A stretch of 64,000 nt of DNA from an uncultured Chloroflexia bacterium (GCA_963828165.1 CAWHDR010000001.1:2368001-2432000), one strand, 5' to 3'. Positions 35,386 to 45,757 are shown, counted from the first letter of the stretch. Translations and numbers: made by a program. Notes: generated by a model from the sequence alone, not told the origin.

Positions 35386-35952
35386 ATGGCACGAACCTTG
35401 GCACGGATCGAACTCTGGAACGGTGACATCTGCGAGCTCGAGGTCGACGCGATCGTCAACCCGGCCAACCTCTCGCTGTGGATGTCGACCGGGGTCGGTG
35501 GCGCCCTGAAGCGCGCCGGTGGTGACGAGATCGAGTTCGCGGCCGTGCGCCAGGCGCCGGTCGCGCTCGGCGAGTCCATCGTGACCACGGCCGGGACCCT
35601 GGCCGCCCGCGCCGTCATCCATGCGGTCTCCCTGGACCGTGTCCGGCGCACGAGCGCCACGATCATCGAGGCCGCGGTCCGCAGCGCCATGGCCCGCGCC
35701 CGGGAGATCGACGCCACGAGCGTGGCCTTCCCGGCGCTCGGCACCGGGGTCGGCGGTTTTCCGCTCGAGGACGCCGCCAGGATCACGGTCGACACCGTGC
35801 GCGACGAGCTCGGGCGCTCCCCGAACCTCGAGCACGTGATCTTCGCCCTGCGCGGGGCCGCTGCCTACGAGGCCTTCGGCGCGGCCCTGGCTCCTGCGGA
35901 GAGGGCGAGCGTGGTCGGGCGCGTCGGGGCCTCCGGGAGCCCCGCCGGATGA
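35386..35952 (+). CDS. Macro domain (ADP-ribose-binding) protein
   Basis: GDI, DAIVNPAN, GVGGAL, VIHAV, SVAFPALGTGVGGFP. Confidence 0.9.
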   Translation: MARTLARIELWNGDICELEVDAIVNPANLSLWMSTGVGGALKRAGGDEIEFAAVRQAPVALGESIVTTAGTLAARAVIHAVSLDRVRRTSATIIEAAVRSAMARAREIDATSVAFPALGTGVGGFPLEDAARITVDTVRDELGRSPNLEHVIFALRGAAAYEAFGAALAPAERASVVGRVGASGSPAG

Positions 35953-36239
35953 ACCTCGAGATGGAGCCGACCGAGGAACAACGAGACGAGCTCATCGAGA
36001 CGGTCGCGCGCGAGATCCAGCTGCGTGGGCTCACCTCGTCGGCGGTCCATTTTCTGGAGGCGAGCCGACCGTATCGAGCCCTGGGCGCGAATGCGATGCT
36101 CTTCTTCGACCCCGTGCTCCGTGGCGTGTTCGGCGGCGAGCTGGCCTCGGCCAGCGAGATCATGACGGACGAGACGGGCATCGAGCTGCTGATCGCGCGG
36201 CTCGAGGAGCTCGACGAAGAGCTCGCCTGGGACGCCTGA
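35949..36239 (+). CDS. Small acidic helical hypothetical protein
   Basis: 96 aa; ATGA overlap with macro gene; host-like codon pattern. Confidence 0.75.
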   Translation: MNLEMEPTEEQRDELIETVAREIQLRGLTSSAVHFLEASRPYRALGANAMLFFDPVLRGVFGGELASASEIMTDETGIELLIARLEELDEELAWDA

Positions 36240-36277
36240 CCCACTCTCGTTCGGCACGGTCCGGGTAGCATCTGGCG

Positions 36278-37948
36278 GTGACCTCCGAACCGCATGCCTT
36301 CCTGACCATCGACCACGGTGCCGCCACCGCGTCGATCGCGCTGATCGGTCGCGTCGCCGGGACGTGGCGACTCATCGGGACCCTGGCGCTCCCGGCCGGT
36401 GCGGCCATGGACGCCGCGGTCGACCTGCTCGTGAGCCGGGTGCGGATCGCCGACCCGGAGCTCGCGTCGGCGCTCGGCGTGGTGGACATCGACAGCGATG
36501 CCCTGCCAAGGTTCGAGGTCCGCAGCCGGCGGCCTCGACGGCTGGCCGTGGTGGCGGCCGCGGAGCGGACGCTCACCAAGCTGATGACGACGGCCGGTCG
36601 CAGCGGCTGGCGTCCGACCGGAGCCAGCGCCGAGACCACCGACCCTCTCGTGATGTCGCGACTGCTTCTCGATCACGACATCGACGCCATCCTCGTCGGA
36701 GCCGGCGACCCACCGCGGCCCGACGAGCGCAGCGCGATCCGCGAACTGGCGGCCCTCGTCTCCGCCGTGGCGGTACGCCGGCCGGACGTACCGATCATCT
36801 TGTCCGGGGCGATGTCGGAGGCCCTCGATGAATTCGGCGACGTATCGTCGCGGCCCGGCCCGATCGTGCTCGCCCCGGCAGCCCTCGACCGTTCGCCGGG
36901 GCGCGGCGGGCAGGCCATCCGGATCAGGATCCCGATCAGCGAGGGCCCGGGCGCCACCGGTGACAAGCCCGATCCTCTCGGTGAGCTGCTGCTCGAGGTG
37001 GCCATGCCGGCGGACGATCCGCGGCGGGCGATCGGTCCGGCGACCCAGGCGCTGGCGGATGTGCTCCACCGCCGGGTGGAGACCATCATCCTGGGCCACG
37101 ACGCCGGGATCCGCGCCGCGGCCGAGCCGTCGATCGGGGGTACGAGCCGCGAGGTGCGCCTGGCGGTCGTTCCCGCCGCCGCCGTCGCCCCGGACGAGCC
37201 GGACGACGCCATCGTCGACGGCGTCCTCGTGTGGTCTACCGTGCCATCGGACCGGCACCGCATCCGGGACCGCATGCGTGAGCTGCGGATCGCACCATGG
37301 GCCGATGCTGCCGGCGACGGCGCAGCCCTGCGGATGGCGGCCGCCCGGGCGGCCCTCGTGCGGCTCGCCGCGGCCACGACCGATTTCGAGGGCGCACCCC
37401 CCGACCTCGTCGTGTGTGGTGGCGGCGTGTGGTCGGCGGTCCCAGCCCCGACCGTGGCCCTCGCCCATGTCGACGTCCTGCGACGATCCGGAGCCAGCCA
37501 GTACGCGCTCGACCATGCCCGCCTGATGGGCACGCTCGGGGCGATCCCCGATGAGAAGGAACGGCTCACGGTCATGGGCGATCTGGCGGACGATCTTCTC
37601 GCGCCACTGGGCAGCGTGGTGATCCCGTCCGGGTTGCGATCCGGGCGATCGGCGGGGAGCGTGCTCGTCCATGCCGGCGGCGGCGTGAGCGAGCTCGATC
37701 TCGTGCCGGGCAGCCTCGAGCTCGTCGACCTGCCGCCGGGCGAGACGGCCGTCGCCGAATTCCGCTTCCGCGACCGGATCAAGCTCGGCGCACGCGGGAA
37801 GCACTTCGCGGTCGATGTGGCCGGCGGGCTCGGTGGCCTGCTCGTCGACCTGCGCGACGTCCCGCTGCGGCTGCCCGATCGGGCGGACCGGCGGCGCGAC
37901 CTGCTGGCTGCCTGGCAGGCGGCGCTCTGGCAGGGGTTCGACACGTGA
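36278..37948 (+). CDS. Divergent GlmL/glutamate mutase L-like ASKHA-fold protein
   Basis: N-terminal IDHGAATA (degenerate DxGSTxT), DLVVCGGGV, C-terminal GGLGGLLVDLRDVPL; family from memory. Confidence 0.65.
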   Translation: MTSEPHAFLTIDHGAATASIALIGRVAGTWRLIGTLALPAGAAMDAAVDLLVSRVRIADPELASALGVVDIDSDALPRFEVRSRRPRRLAVVAAAERTLTKLMTTAGRSGWRPTGASAETTDPLVMSRLLLDHDIDAILVGAGDPPRPDERSAIRELAALVSAVAVRRPDVPIILSGAMSEALDEFGDVSSRPGPIVLAPAALDRSPGRGGQAIRIRIPISEGPGATGDKPDPLGELLLEVAMPADDPRRAIGPATQALADVLHRRVETIILGHDAGIRAAAEPSIGGTSREVRLAVVPAAAVAPDEPDDAIVDGVLVWSTVPSDRHRIRDRMRELRIAPWADAAGDGAALRMAAARAALVRLAAATTDFEGAPPDLVVCGGGVWSAVPAPTVALAHVDVLRRSGASQYALDHARLMGTLGAIPDEKERLTVMGDLADDLLAPLGSVVIPSGLRSGRSAGSVLVHAGGGVSELDLVPGSLELVDLPPGETAVAEFRFRDRIKLGARGKHFAVDVAGGLGGLLVDLRDVPLRLPDRADRRRDLLAAWQAALWQGFDT

Positions 37949-38931
37949 TGAGCACGAACGGCACGTCCGATACCGCCGTGCCGGCCGACCTGGGCCTGGT
38001 CAGTGCGCGCCGGCTGGTCGACCCACCCGCCGAGATCACGTTCAGCCTCTCACCTGGTGACCGTGCGCTCGTGGCTGCAGGTGAGACGGTCGTCGCCGGG
38101 GCACCGATCGCCGAGCGCCTGCGCGATCCGGTGCTGCTCGACCGGGTCGTTCCGGCGAGCGCGGAGCCACGACCCGGCGAGCGTACGAGCGACGGCGAAC
38201 TGCTGTTCGCCTGGCGGGATCGCTGGCGGGTCGCCGGCGGTGAGGTGACGGAGTCCTTCGACAGCCCGGTGACCGGCATCGTCCGCGAGGTCCGGCCGGG
38301 TTCCGCCATCGTGATCCAGGCGAACGGTCGCGCGCTCAACGGCATCGTGGCCCTGGGCGGACCCAGCCGTGGCCGTCTGCACATCGCGGCCGGCAGCGAC
38401 GGCGAGCTGCGCTCGGGTGGCCTCGACGTCGGTCTCGCCGGGACGATCCTCGTCGTCGGCTCGCGCATCGATGCGGAGACGCTCACGCGCGCCCGGGCGA
38501 TGGGCGTGAACGGGATCGTGGTCGGGGGTCTCGCCAGCAAGGAGCGGCGCGACTTCACGGCCTCCGAGCGGCGCCAGCGCGCGGCACTGCATCGCCTGGC
38601 GCCGTATGCCGTCCTCGTCCTCGAGGGAGCGACCCGCCGGCCCCTTCCGAGTCCGGTGATGGACGTGCTGGAGGCCCTCGCCGGACAGGAGGTGGCGATC
38701 GTGGGCGATCCGCCGATGCTCGTGTTCGAGAGCGAGGTGGACGTGCCGCAGCCCCGGCCGGACTTCGTGCGCGTGAGGGGTGGCCCCCTCGGTGGTCGCG
38801 ACGGGATCTGGGCTGGGTTGGTCGGGCCGCGCCGGTTCGCAGGCGGGGTGCATCTCGAGGCGGGCTCGGTGCGGTTCGCCGATGGAACGGTGACGGCGGT
38901 ACCACTCGGCGATCTCGAACGGTTCATCTGA
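37948..38931 (+). CDS. Hypothetical protein with barrel-sandwich-hybrid-like and swivel-like segments
   Basis: LVAAGETVVAGAPIA, SPVTGIVREV, GTILVVG..ARAMGVNGIVVGG; start overlaps previous stop. Confidence 0.7.
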   Translation: MSTNGTSDTAVPADLGLVSARRLVDPPAEITFSLSPGDRALVAAGETVVAGAPIAERLRDPVLLDRVVPASAEPRPGERTSDGELLFAWRDRWRVAGGEVTESFDSPVTGIVREVRPGSAIVIQANGRALNGIVALGGPSRGRLHIAAGSDGELRSGGLDVGLAGTILVVGSRIDAETLTRARAMGVNGIVVGGLASKERRDFTASERRQRAALHRLAPYAVLVLEGATRRPLPSPVMDVLEALAGQEVAIVGDPPMLVFESEVDVPQPRPDFVRVRGGPLGGRDGIWAGLVGPRRFAGGVHLEAGSVRFADGTVTAVPLGDLERFI

Positions 38932-38936
38932 CGGCG

Positions 38937-39410
38937 ATGCCCTCGTCAACCGCGGATCGCCGCCTGATCATGGCCCCGGCTCCCGCTGCCACGAGCGGGC
39001 TGGGCCGCGCGCTGGGGGCCGTGGCGCAGGCCGGGGACCTCGTCTGTCTGTGGGGTGAGCTCGGGGCGGGCAAGACCCACTTCGCGAAGGCCTTCGCGGC
39101 AGGCATGGGCGTGACCGATACGGTCACGTCGCCGAGTTTCATCCTCATGGCCGAGTACCGCGGACGCCTGCCGCTGTTCCACATCGACCCGTACCGCCTG
39201 GCTTCCGCGGAGGACGCGCTCGCCGGCGGGCTCATCGACGAGCGCCAGCGCGAGGGCGTCACGCTCGTGGAGTGGCCCGAACGTCTGGGCGACGCCCTGC
39301 CGTCCGCCCGGCTCGATGTCCGGATCGAAGGGACCGGGGACGAAGGCCGCTCGATCACGCTCATCGCGGGCTCGGACGACTACCGGCGCTACCTGGACGT
39401 TTCGGCATGA
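38937..39410 (+). CDS. tsaE: t6A biosynthesis ATPase TsaE
   Basis: GELGAGKT, VTSPSF, HIDPYRL, VEWPE. Confidence 0.96.
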   Translation: MPSSTADRRLIMAPAPAATSGLGRALGAVAQAGDLVCLWGELGAGKTHFAKAFAAGMGVTDTVTSPSFILMAEYRGRLPLFHIDPYRLASAEDALAGGLIDERQREGVTLVEWPERLGDALPSARLDVRIEGTGDEGRSITLIAGSDDYRRYLDVSA

Positions 39411-40162
39411 CCCACGACGGACGCCGGCGGGCGATCCTCGCCATCGACACCGCGACCACGCACGTCGTGATCGCCACCGGCACGCCCGAGGGCGTGGCCG
39501 ATGGCCTGTCGGCCTGGACCGCGGGGTATCGCCACGGCGAGACGCTGTTGCCTGCGATCGGGCGGTTCCTCGGCGAGCAGAACATCCGGCGGTCACGCCT
39601 GGTCGGCATCGTCGTCGGGACCGGCCCGGGCGCGTTCACCGGGCTGCGGGTCGGCATCGCGACGGCCAAGGGCCTGGCCCACGGACTCGGCATCCCGCTG
39701 GTCGGGGCCTCGACCGCCGAGGCGTTGATCGTGGCGTACGAGGCGGCGGAGGCAGCCGTGGCGGTGGCCGAAGGCCTCGACGGCCCGGCCGCACCGAGCG
39801 TCCTGCTGCTGCCGGCCGGCCCGCGTGACCGTCTCGTGGTCCGTGCCGGCTCCGCCCCCATCCCACTGCCCGCAGGCGAGGAGCCGGAGCTCGGCGCGGG
39901 GGAACGGCTCGTGGCCGTGGATCTCGAGGGGCGCGCCCCGGACGATGCGATCGCTCGCGGCGAGACGGCACGGACGGGCCTCGGTCAGGCGCTCCTGCGG
40001 GCGGGGGCGGCCAAGCTTGCGGCCATCTCCGCCGCGGCAGGTGCCGCTCCCACGGACGGCCCACGATCCGAGCTCGAGACGCTCGTCCCCGACTACGTGA
40101 CCCTCCCGCGCGGCGTTCGCGCGACCGGCGGGGCCGTCGAATGGTCGCGCGACCCCCGGTGA
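39407..40162 (+). CDS. tsaB: t6A biosynthesis protein TsaB
   Basis: ILAIDTAT, HGETLLP, GPGAFTGLRVG. Confidence 0.95.
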   Translation: MTHDGRRRAILAIDTATTHVVIATGTPEGVADGLSAWTAGYRHGETLLPAIGRFLGEQNIRRSRLVGIVVGTGPGAFTGLRVGIATAKGLAHGLGIPLVGASTAEALIVAYEAAEAAVAVAEGLDGPAAPSVLLLPAGPRDRLVVRAGSAPIPLPAGEEPELGAGERLVAVDLEGRAPDDAIARGETARTGLGQALLRAGAAKLAAISAAAGAAPTDGPRSELETLVPDYVTLPRGVRATGGAVEWSRDPR

Positions 40163-40704
40163 GGGTGGTCATCGAGCCGATGCGGCTCGACGACCTCCCC
40201 GCCATCCACGCGATCGAGCAGGCGAGCTTCACCTCACCCTGGCCGCCCCACGCCTACCAGAGCGAGCTCGAGAGCAACCGGCTCGCGCACTACCTCGTGG
40301 CCCGGATCGGTGACACGGTCGTGGCGTATGGCGGGATGTGGCTGATGGTGGATGAGGCCCACATCACGACGTTCGCGGTCCATCCTGCCTGGCGTCGCCA
40401 GCGCATCGGGGAGCGGCTGCTCGTGGCCTTCCTCGACATCGCGATCGAGCGTGAGGCCCACGAGGCCACGCTCGAAGTCCGCCTCTCCAACCTGCCCGCC
40501 CGCAAGCTGTACGAGAAGTACGGCTTCCGGCCGGTGGGCTTGCGGCCCCGCTACTACAGCGACGACAACGAGGACGCGCTGATCATGACCACCGAGCCGC
40601 TCGGCGAGCCGCTCATGCGCACCCGTGTCGAGCGGTTGCGCGCGGCACTCGACGAGGCAGCCGCGCCGACGGACACCGCGAGAGCGACCGATCCCAGCCC
40701 CTGA
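40141..40704 (+). CDS. rimI: RimI-family N-acetyltransferase
   Basis: EAHITTFAV, LEVRLSN, LYEKYGF, R.RYY..EDALIM. Confidence 0.93.
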   Translation: MVARPPVRVVIEPMRLDDLPAIHAIEQASFTSPWPPHAYQSELESNRLAHYLVARIGDTVVAYGGMWLMVDEAHITTFAVHPAWRRQRIGERLLVAFLDIAIEREAHEATLEVRLSNLPARKLYEKYGFRPVGLRPRYYSDDNEDALIMTTEPLGEPLMRTRVERLRAALDEAAAPTDTARATDPSP

Positions 40705-40713
40705 GGACACCGC

Positions 40714-41787
40714 GTGAGCGGACCGCTCCTGCTCTCGATCGAGTCCTCGTGTGACGAGACCGGCATCGCGCTCATCGAAGGTGGCCGGCGCATCCTCTCG
40801 AACGTCGTCGCGTCCCAGGTCGCGCTCCATGCGCCATCGGGTGGGATCGTCCCGGAGGTCGCCGCGCGAGCCCACCTGCGCTGGATCGTGCCCACGCTCA
40901 ACGAGGCGTGGAACGACACCGGCGTCTCGTGGGACGACATCGATGGTGTCGCGGTCACCTACGGACCGGGTCTCGCCGGATCGCTGCTCGTGGGCATCAA
41001 CTTCGCGAAGGCGCTCGCGTGGGTCCACGACAAGCCGCTGGTCGGGGTCAATCACCTCGAGGGACACGTCTACGCGGCCTGGCTGCTCGACCCCGGCGAG
41101 GACGAGGCCACGAAGCCCGCGCCGGAGTTCCCGCTCGTGGCCCTGGTCGTGTCGGGCGGCCACACCTTCCTGGCCGAGATGCGCGATCACCTGACGTACC
41201 GGCTGCTCGGCACGACCGTGGACGACGCGGCAGGGGAGGCGTTCGACAAGGTCGGCCGCTTGTTGGGGCTGGGATATCCCGGGGGTCCCGCCATCCAGAA
41301 GGCCGCCGAGCGGGCGGTGCGCCGCGACGTCGTGTTTCCGCGCGCCTGGATGGGCGATTCCTACGACCTGAGCTTCTCGGGGCTGAAGACCGCGGCCCGG
41401 CGGATCGTGGCCGACGCCCGGGCCGAGGAAGGTCTGCCCGTTGACGACACGTCCGCGACGCTGTCCGCCGCGACGACCGCGGAGCTTGCCTGGGGCTTCC
41501 AGGACTCGGTCGTCGATGTCCTGACCACGAAGGCGATCCGGGCGGCTCGGGAGATCGGGGCCCGCTCGATCGTGCTCGGTGGGGGTGTCGCGGCGAACTC
41601 GGTGCTGCGCGAGCGGCTGGCGGGCGAGTCGGAGGCGCTCGGCGTGCCGCTCATCGTGCCCCGGTCCGGCCTGTGCACCGACAACGGGGCGATGATCGGC
41701 GCCGCCGGCGCCCGCCGGTTCGAGGCCGGCGAGCGAGCCGGGCTGGAGCTCGACGCGCGGCCGTCGTTGCCACTGGCGACCCGGTGA
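40714..41787 (+). CDS. tsaD: t6A threonylcarbamoyltransferase TsaD
   Basis: IESSCDET, PEVAARAH, NHLEGH, SGGHT, DDAAGEAFDK, CTDNGAMI. Confidence 0.98.
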   Translation: MSGPLLLSIESSCDETGIALIEGGRRILSNVVASQVALHAPSGGIVPEVAARAHLRWIVPTLNEAWNDTGVSWDDIDGVAVTYGPGLAGSLLVGINFAKALAWVHDKPLVGVNHLEGHVYAAWLLDPGEDEATKPAPEFPLVALVVSGGHTFLAEMRDHLTYRLLGTTVDDAAGEAFDKVGRLLGLGYPGGPAIQKAAERAVRRDVVFPRAWMGDSYDLSFSGLKTAARRIVADARAEEGLPVDDTSATLSAATTAELAWGFQDSVVDVLTTKAIRAAREIGARSIVLGGGVAANSVLRERLAGESEALGVPLIVPRSGLCTDNGAMIGAAGARRFEAGERAGLELDARPSLPLATR

Positions 41788-42662
41788 CGATCGACCCGGC
41801 CGAGGTGCGCGCCACGCTGCGTGCCGCCGGCCTGCGCGCCCGCCACTCGCTGTCGCAGAACTTCCTGGCCGACACGGACGTGCTGTCCCAGATCCTCGAG
41901 GCCGCCGATCCGGAGGCCGGCGGGCGCGTGCTCGAGATCGGGCCGGGGCTCGGGCTCCTGACCGCCGGGCTGCTGGACGCCGGTGCCACCGTGACGGCCG
42001 TCGAGCTGGACCGGGGTCTCGCCAGGTTCCTGCAGGAGCGCTTCGAGCCGGCGCTCGAGGAGGCTCGGCTCCGGCTCATCGAGGGCGATGCGCTCGACCA
42101 GGATCTCGTCAACCTCGTGGAGCCGCCCTACGACGTCGTCGCGAACCTGCCGTACCACATCACGAGCCCGATCCTGCACGCGCTGCTGGGCACGCCACCC
42201 CGGCCGCGGCGGCTCGTGCTCATGGTCCAGCGGGAGGTCGCGGAGCGGATCGCGGCCCCGCCCGGGAAGATGAGCTACCTCTCGGTATTCGTGCAGTACC
42301 ACGCTCGCGTGCGTGTCGCGTTCCGCGTGCCGCCCGAGGCCTTCGAGCCCGAGCCCGCCGTAGAATCGGCGGTCATCGTCGTCGAGCCGTTCGCCGCGGA
42401 CGATCGACTCTCGCCCGAGGAGGAGGACCAGCTGTGGCGGCTGGTCCAGGCGGCGTTCCGCGAGCGGCGGAAGATGCTCCACAACGTGCTTGCCCGCCAG
42501 CTCCCCTTCGACGCGGCGCGCGTGGCCGCGGCCCTCGAAACGGCCGGCATCGCCGCGGACCGGCGTCCCCAGACGGTGGCCGTGGGGGAGTGGCTCGCCC
42601 TCAAGGACGCGCTGGGACCGATCGGCGCGGACTGGCGCGGCCGTAAGTCCGGGGATGGGTAG
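41784..42662 (+). CDS. rsmA: 16S rRNA dimethyltransferase RsmA/KsgA
   Basis: SQNFL, LEIGPGLG, VANLPYHIT, MVQREVA, RRKML. Confidence 0.96.
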   Translation: MTIDPAEVRATLRAAGLRARHSLSQNFLADTDVLSQILEAADPEAGGRVLEIGPGLGLLTAGLLDAGATVTAVELDRGLARFLQERFEPALEEARLRLIEGDALDQDLVNLVEPPYDVVANLPYHITSPILHALLGTPPRPRRLVLMVQREVAERIAAPPGKMSYLSVFVQYHARVRVAFRVPPEAFEPEPAVESAVIVVEPFAADDRLSPEEEDQLWRLVQAAFRERRKMLHNVLARQLPFDAARVAAALETAGIAADRRPQTVAVGEWLALKDALGPIGADWRGRKSGDG

Positions 42663-42668
42663 GCCGCC

Positions 42669-43655
42669 GTGCCCGATGCGCACCTGACGCCGATCATCCG
42701 GCTCGCGCCGGCGAAGCTCAACCTGACGCTGGCCGTCGTGGGACGACGTGAAGACGGGTTTCACGACCTGCACTCGGTGTTCGTTCCGCTCGCGCTCGCC
42801 GACCGGCTGAGCCTGGCACCGGCGAGGGCCGACGCGGGTGAAGACACGCTGCATGTGACCGGGTTCGACGCCGGCCCGGTGGAGGACAACCTCGTCCTGC
42901 GCGCGATCGCGGCGGCGCGGGCAGCCGTGGGGGAGGGACCCGGTCGTCCGGCCACGCCTGCCCTTGCCGCCCGTCTCGAGAAGCACATCCCGGTCGCGGC
43001 CGGGCTCGGTGGCGGCTCGTCGGACGCGGCCGCCGCCTTCGATGGCGCGCTCGAAGCGTGGGGCGCCGAGCTCGACTTCGAGCGTCGCCTGCAAGCGGCG
43101 GCTTCGATCGGATCCGACGTGCCGTTCTTCCTGCGCGGCGTCCCGGCGCTCGTCGAGGGACGGGGGGAGCGCCTCACGCCGCTCAAGGGCGTGCACGGAC
43201 ATCCGGGCATCCTGCTGGTGACCCCGTCGATCGCGGTTCGGACGCCGGACGTGTTCTCCGTCTTCGATGGGATCCGCGGGTCGGGCGATGGCTCGATCCG
43301 GATGTCGTCGGAGCACCTGGCGCAGGAGCTGGGCAACGGCTTGTCGGGGACGGACCTGATCGCCCGAGCCGGGGTCCTCGCCTCAGCCAACGACCTGCTG
43401 CCGGCCGCGCTCCTCGTGGCGCCGGGACTCGTGGGCGTCAAGCGCGCGCTCACGCGGACGCTGACGCGAGCCGTCGGGCTGAGCGGGTCCGGACCGACCC
43501 TGTGGACGCTCTATCCTTCGCTCGCAGAGGCGCAGGCAGCCGCCGAGGTTGCCGAAGCGGCGGTTGCAGCCGGCACGATCCCATCCCTCGGCGACGGATC
43601 ACCATCGATCATCGCCACGACCATCCGGACCGGACACGAGGAGCCCACGCCATGA
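42669..43655 (+). CDS. ispE: CDP-ME kinase
   Basis: APAKLNL, KHIPVAAGLGGGSSDAA, GSDVPF, SGSGP. Confidence 0.95.
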   Translation: MPDAHLTPIIRLAPAKLNLTLAVVGRREDGFHDLHSVFVPLALADRLSLAPARADAGEDTLHVTGFDAGPVEDNLVLRAIAAARAAVGEGPGRPATPALAARLEKHIPVAAGLGGGSSDAAAAFDGALEAWGAELDFERRLQAAASIGSDVPFFLRGVPALVEGRGERLTPLKGVHGHPGILLVTPSIAVRTPDVFSVFDGIRGSGDGSIRMSSEHLAQELGNGLSGTDLIARAGVLASANDLLPAALLVAPGLVGVKRALTRTLTRAVGLSGSGPTLWTLYPSLAEAQAAAEVAEAAVAAGTIPSLGDGSPSIIATTIRTGHEEPTP

Positions 43656-44035
43656 CCCGCCAGGCCGTCTCGACGAGCAGTGCCCCCGCCGCCATCGGCC
43701 CCTACAGCCAGGGCATCGCGAGCGGCGACCTCGTGTTCTGCTCCGGCCAGCTCGGCCTGGATCCGGCGACCGGCGAGATAGTCGAAGGCGGCGTGGAGGC
43801 CCAGGCCGAACGCGCGCTGCGCAATCTCGGAGCCGTGCTCGATGCCGCGGGCGTCGGCATGAACGACCTCGTGAAGACCACGCTCTTCCTCGCGAACATC
43901 GATGACTTCGCGGCCGTCAACGCGGTCTACGCCAAGTTCATGCCCGAGCCGCCGCCGGCGCGCTCCACGTTCGCCGTGGGTGCGCTCCCGAAGGGCGGCC
44001 TGATCGAAATCGAGGCCATCGCGCGACGCTCCTAG
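43652..44035 (+). CDS. ridA: RidA-family imine deaminase
   Basis: APAAIGPYSQ, SGQL, PPARS, LPKG.LIEIEAIA. Confidence 0.93.
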   Translation: MTRQAVSTSSAPAAIGPYSQGIASGDLVFCSGQLGLDPATGEIVEGGVEAQAERALRNLGAVLDAAGVGMNDLVKTTLFLANIDDFAAVNAVYAKFMPEPPPARSTFAVGALPKGGLIEIEAIARRS

Positions 44036-44132
44036 CGGTCGCATCAAGGCTGGCGCGCAGCTGTCCGATTCCCCTCCGTAGCGCGTTACCGAAGCAGAGG
44101 GATGAACCTCACCCGACGCTGACGGAGATCCG

Positions 44133-44708
44133 ATGGAAGACGCGGCCACGCTGGCGACCGAGCGGGATGTTCCGGCCGGCGAGCGGGACGAGGAGCTGGC
44201 GCTCGCGGCGCGGTCCGATCCGGCCGCCTTCGGCATCCTCTACGCACGCCACCGGCTCGCGGTCTTTCGATACCTTCGGACTCGCACCAGCAGCGAGGAT
44301 CAGGCCGCCGAGCTGACAGCCGTCGCGTTCGAGCGGGCGCTCAGCGCGATGCCGCGTTACCGCTCGACAGGTGGTGGGTTCCTGGCCTGGCTCCTACGGA
44401 TCGCCCGGAACGCGGCGATTGATGCCGGGCGTCGCGCCTCGGCCATCCCGCTCGACGCCGACCTGCCGGACGAGCGCCATGCCAACGCGCCCGAGGCGGC
44501 GATTCTCGCCAGCGAGGCGCGCGCCACGCTCGTGGCGGCCATCAACCGCCTGCCCGAGGTCCAGCGTGAGGCCATCGCTCTCCGTTATGCCGCCCGTCTG
44601 ACCGCGCGCGAGATCGGAGAAGTCCTCGGCAAGACGGACCAGGCGACCCAGAAGCTCATCAGCCGTGCTCTCGAGACCATCAGGGAGTCCTACCGTGTCG
44701 ACCGCTGA
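44133..44708 (+). CDS. ECF RNA polymerase sigma factor
   Basis: AFGILY, AWLLRIARN, LPEVQREAIALRY..EIGEVLG. Confidence 0.9.
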   Translation: MEDAATLATERDVPAGERDEELALAARSDPAAFGILYARHRLAVFRYLRTRTSSEDQAAELTAVAFERALSAMPRYRSTGGGFLAWLLRIARNAAIDAGRRASAIPLDADLPDERHANAPEAAILASEARATLVAAINRLPEVQREAIALRYAARLTAREIGEVLGKTDQATQKLISRALETIRESYRVDR

Positions 44709-45757
44709 CGCTCGCATCCCAAATCTCGCCCCGCCTGACCGGCTCGAGGCCGACCTCGTCGCGCTATTCGCGGTCCAGCCCCAGGGCGGCGTCCTCGATC
44801 GACTCGACGAACGGATCGAGCTCACGCTTCGGGCCTGGAAGCCGACGACGACCCGCGGCCTCTTCGTGCGTTGGCGTCGGGTTGGACTGATCAGCCTCGT
44901 CGCGGCCACCTTCGTCCTCGGCGGCGCGACCGGCAGCCTCCAGAGCCTGTACTTCTTCCTCGCGGGTCCGTTCGACGTGCCCTGGCATCGCGGCGAGGAG
45001 ATCGGCCTGTCACAGACGGTCAACGGCTACACCGTGACGATCGACCGCGCCTACGCGGATGCGGCTCGTCTGGCCCTGGCGATCTCAGTCGTGGACGAGC
45101 AGGAGCGACCGGGAACGACCCAGATCATGGCGTTTTCCACGATCGTGACCGACCAGGACGGTGAGTACGAGTCCGGCGGCGGCGCCACGTCCAGGCCGGA
45201 CGGCGCGTTCGCAGCCGTCAACGTCGCCTGGAAGCAGCCTGCGGTGCTACCCCTTCCCGCCGGACCGCGCCGATTGCACGTCGTGCTGCCGTTCATCATG
45301 GTCCGTGACGACACGATGCCGCCGCAGAAACGGATGCGGATGCGAACGAATGGACTCCGTGGCACCGAGTGGCCGGTCCGTGGACCTTCGATTTCGAAGT
45401 GATCGTGGATGGCGGCACGACGGTCACCCCGAACGCGATCGCCGAGGTCGATGGCGTCCGGGTCACCGTTCCGCGCCTGATCGCCGCCTCGAATATCGTG
45501 CGGGTCGAGATGCGGATCGACGGCGATCTCCCTCCTGGTGATTGGACACCCATCGGCGAGGTCAGGCATCGGAACAAGGTCCTGCCCTTTGTCGTCGGCG
45601 ACCTGGACGCCGGGCCTGACGGGATGCTCGCCTTCATGACCGACGGTGGCGTGCCGAACGCATCCGGCGAATGGACCGTGACCGTCAAGGAGCTGATCCG
45701 GTGAGCGGGGACGAGCGGCTGGCCGGCCCATGGGTACTGAAGTTCAGGGCTCCGTAG
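44695..45757 (+). pseudogene. Putative membrane anti-sigma factor split by two frameshifts
   Basis: One TM (VGLISLVAATFVLGG), IGLSQTVNGYTVTID; frame changes near 45320 and 45700; reconstructed domains end in AGPWTFDF and AGPWVLKF. Confidence 0.65.
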
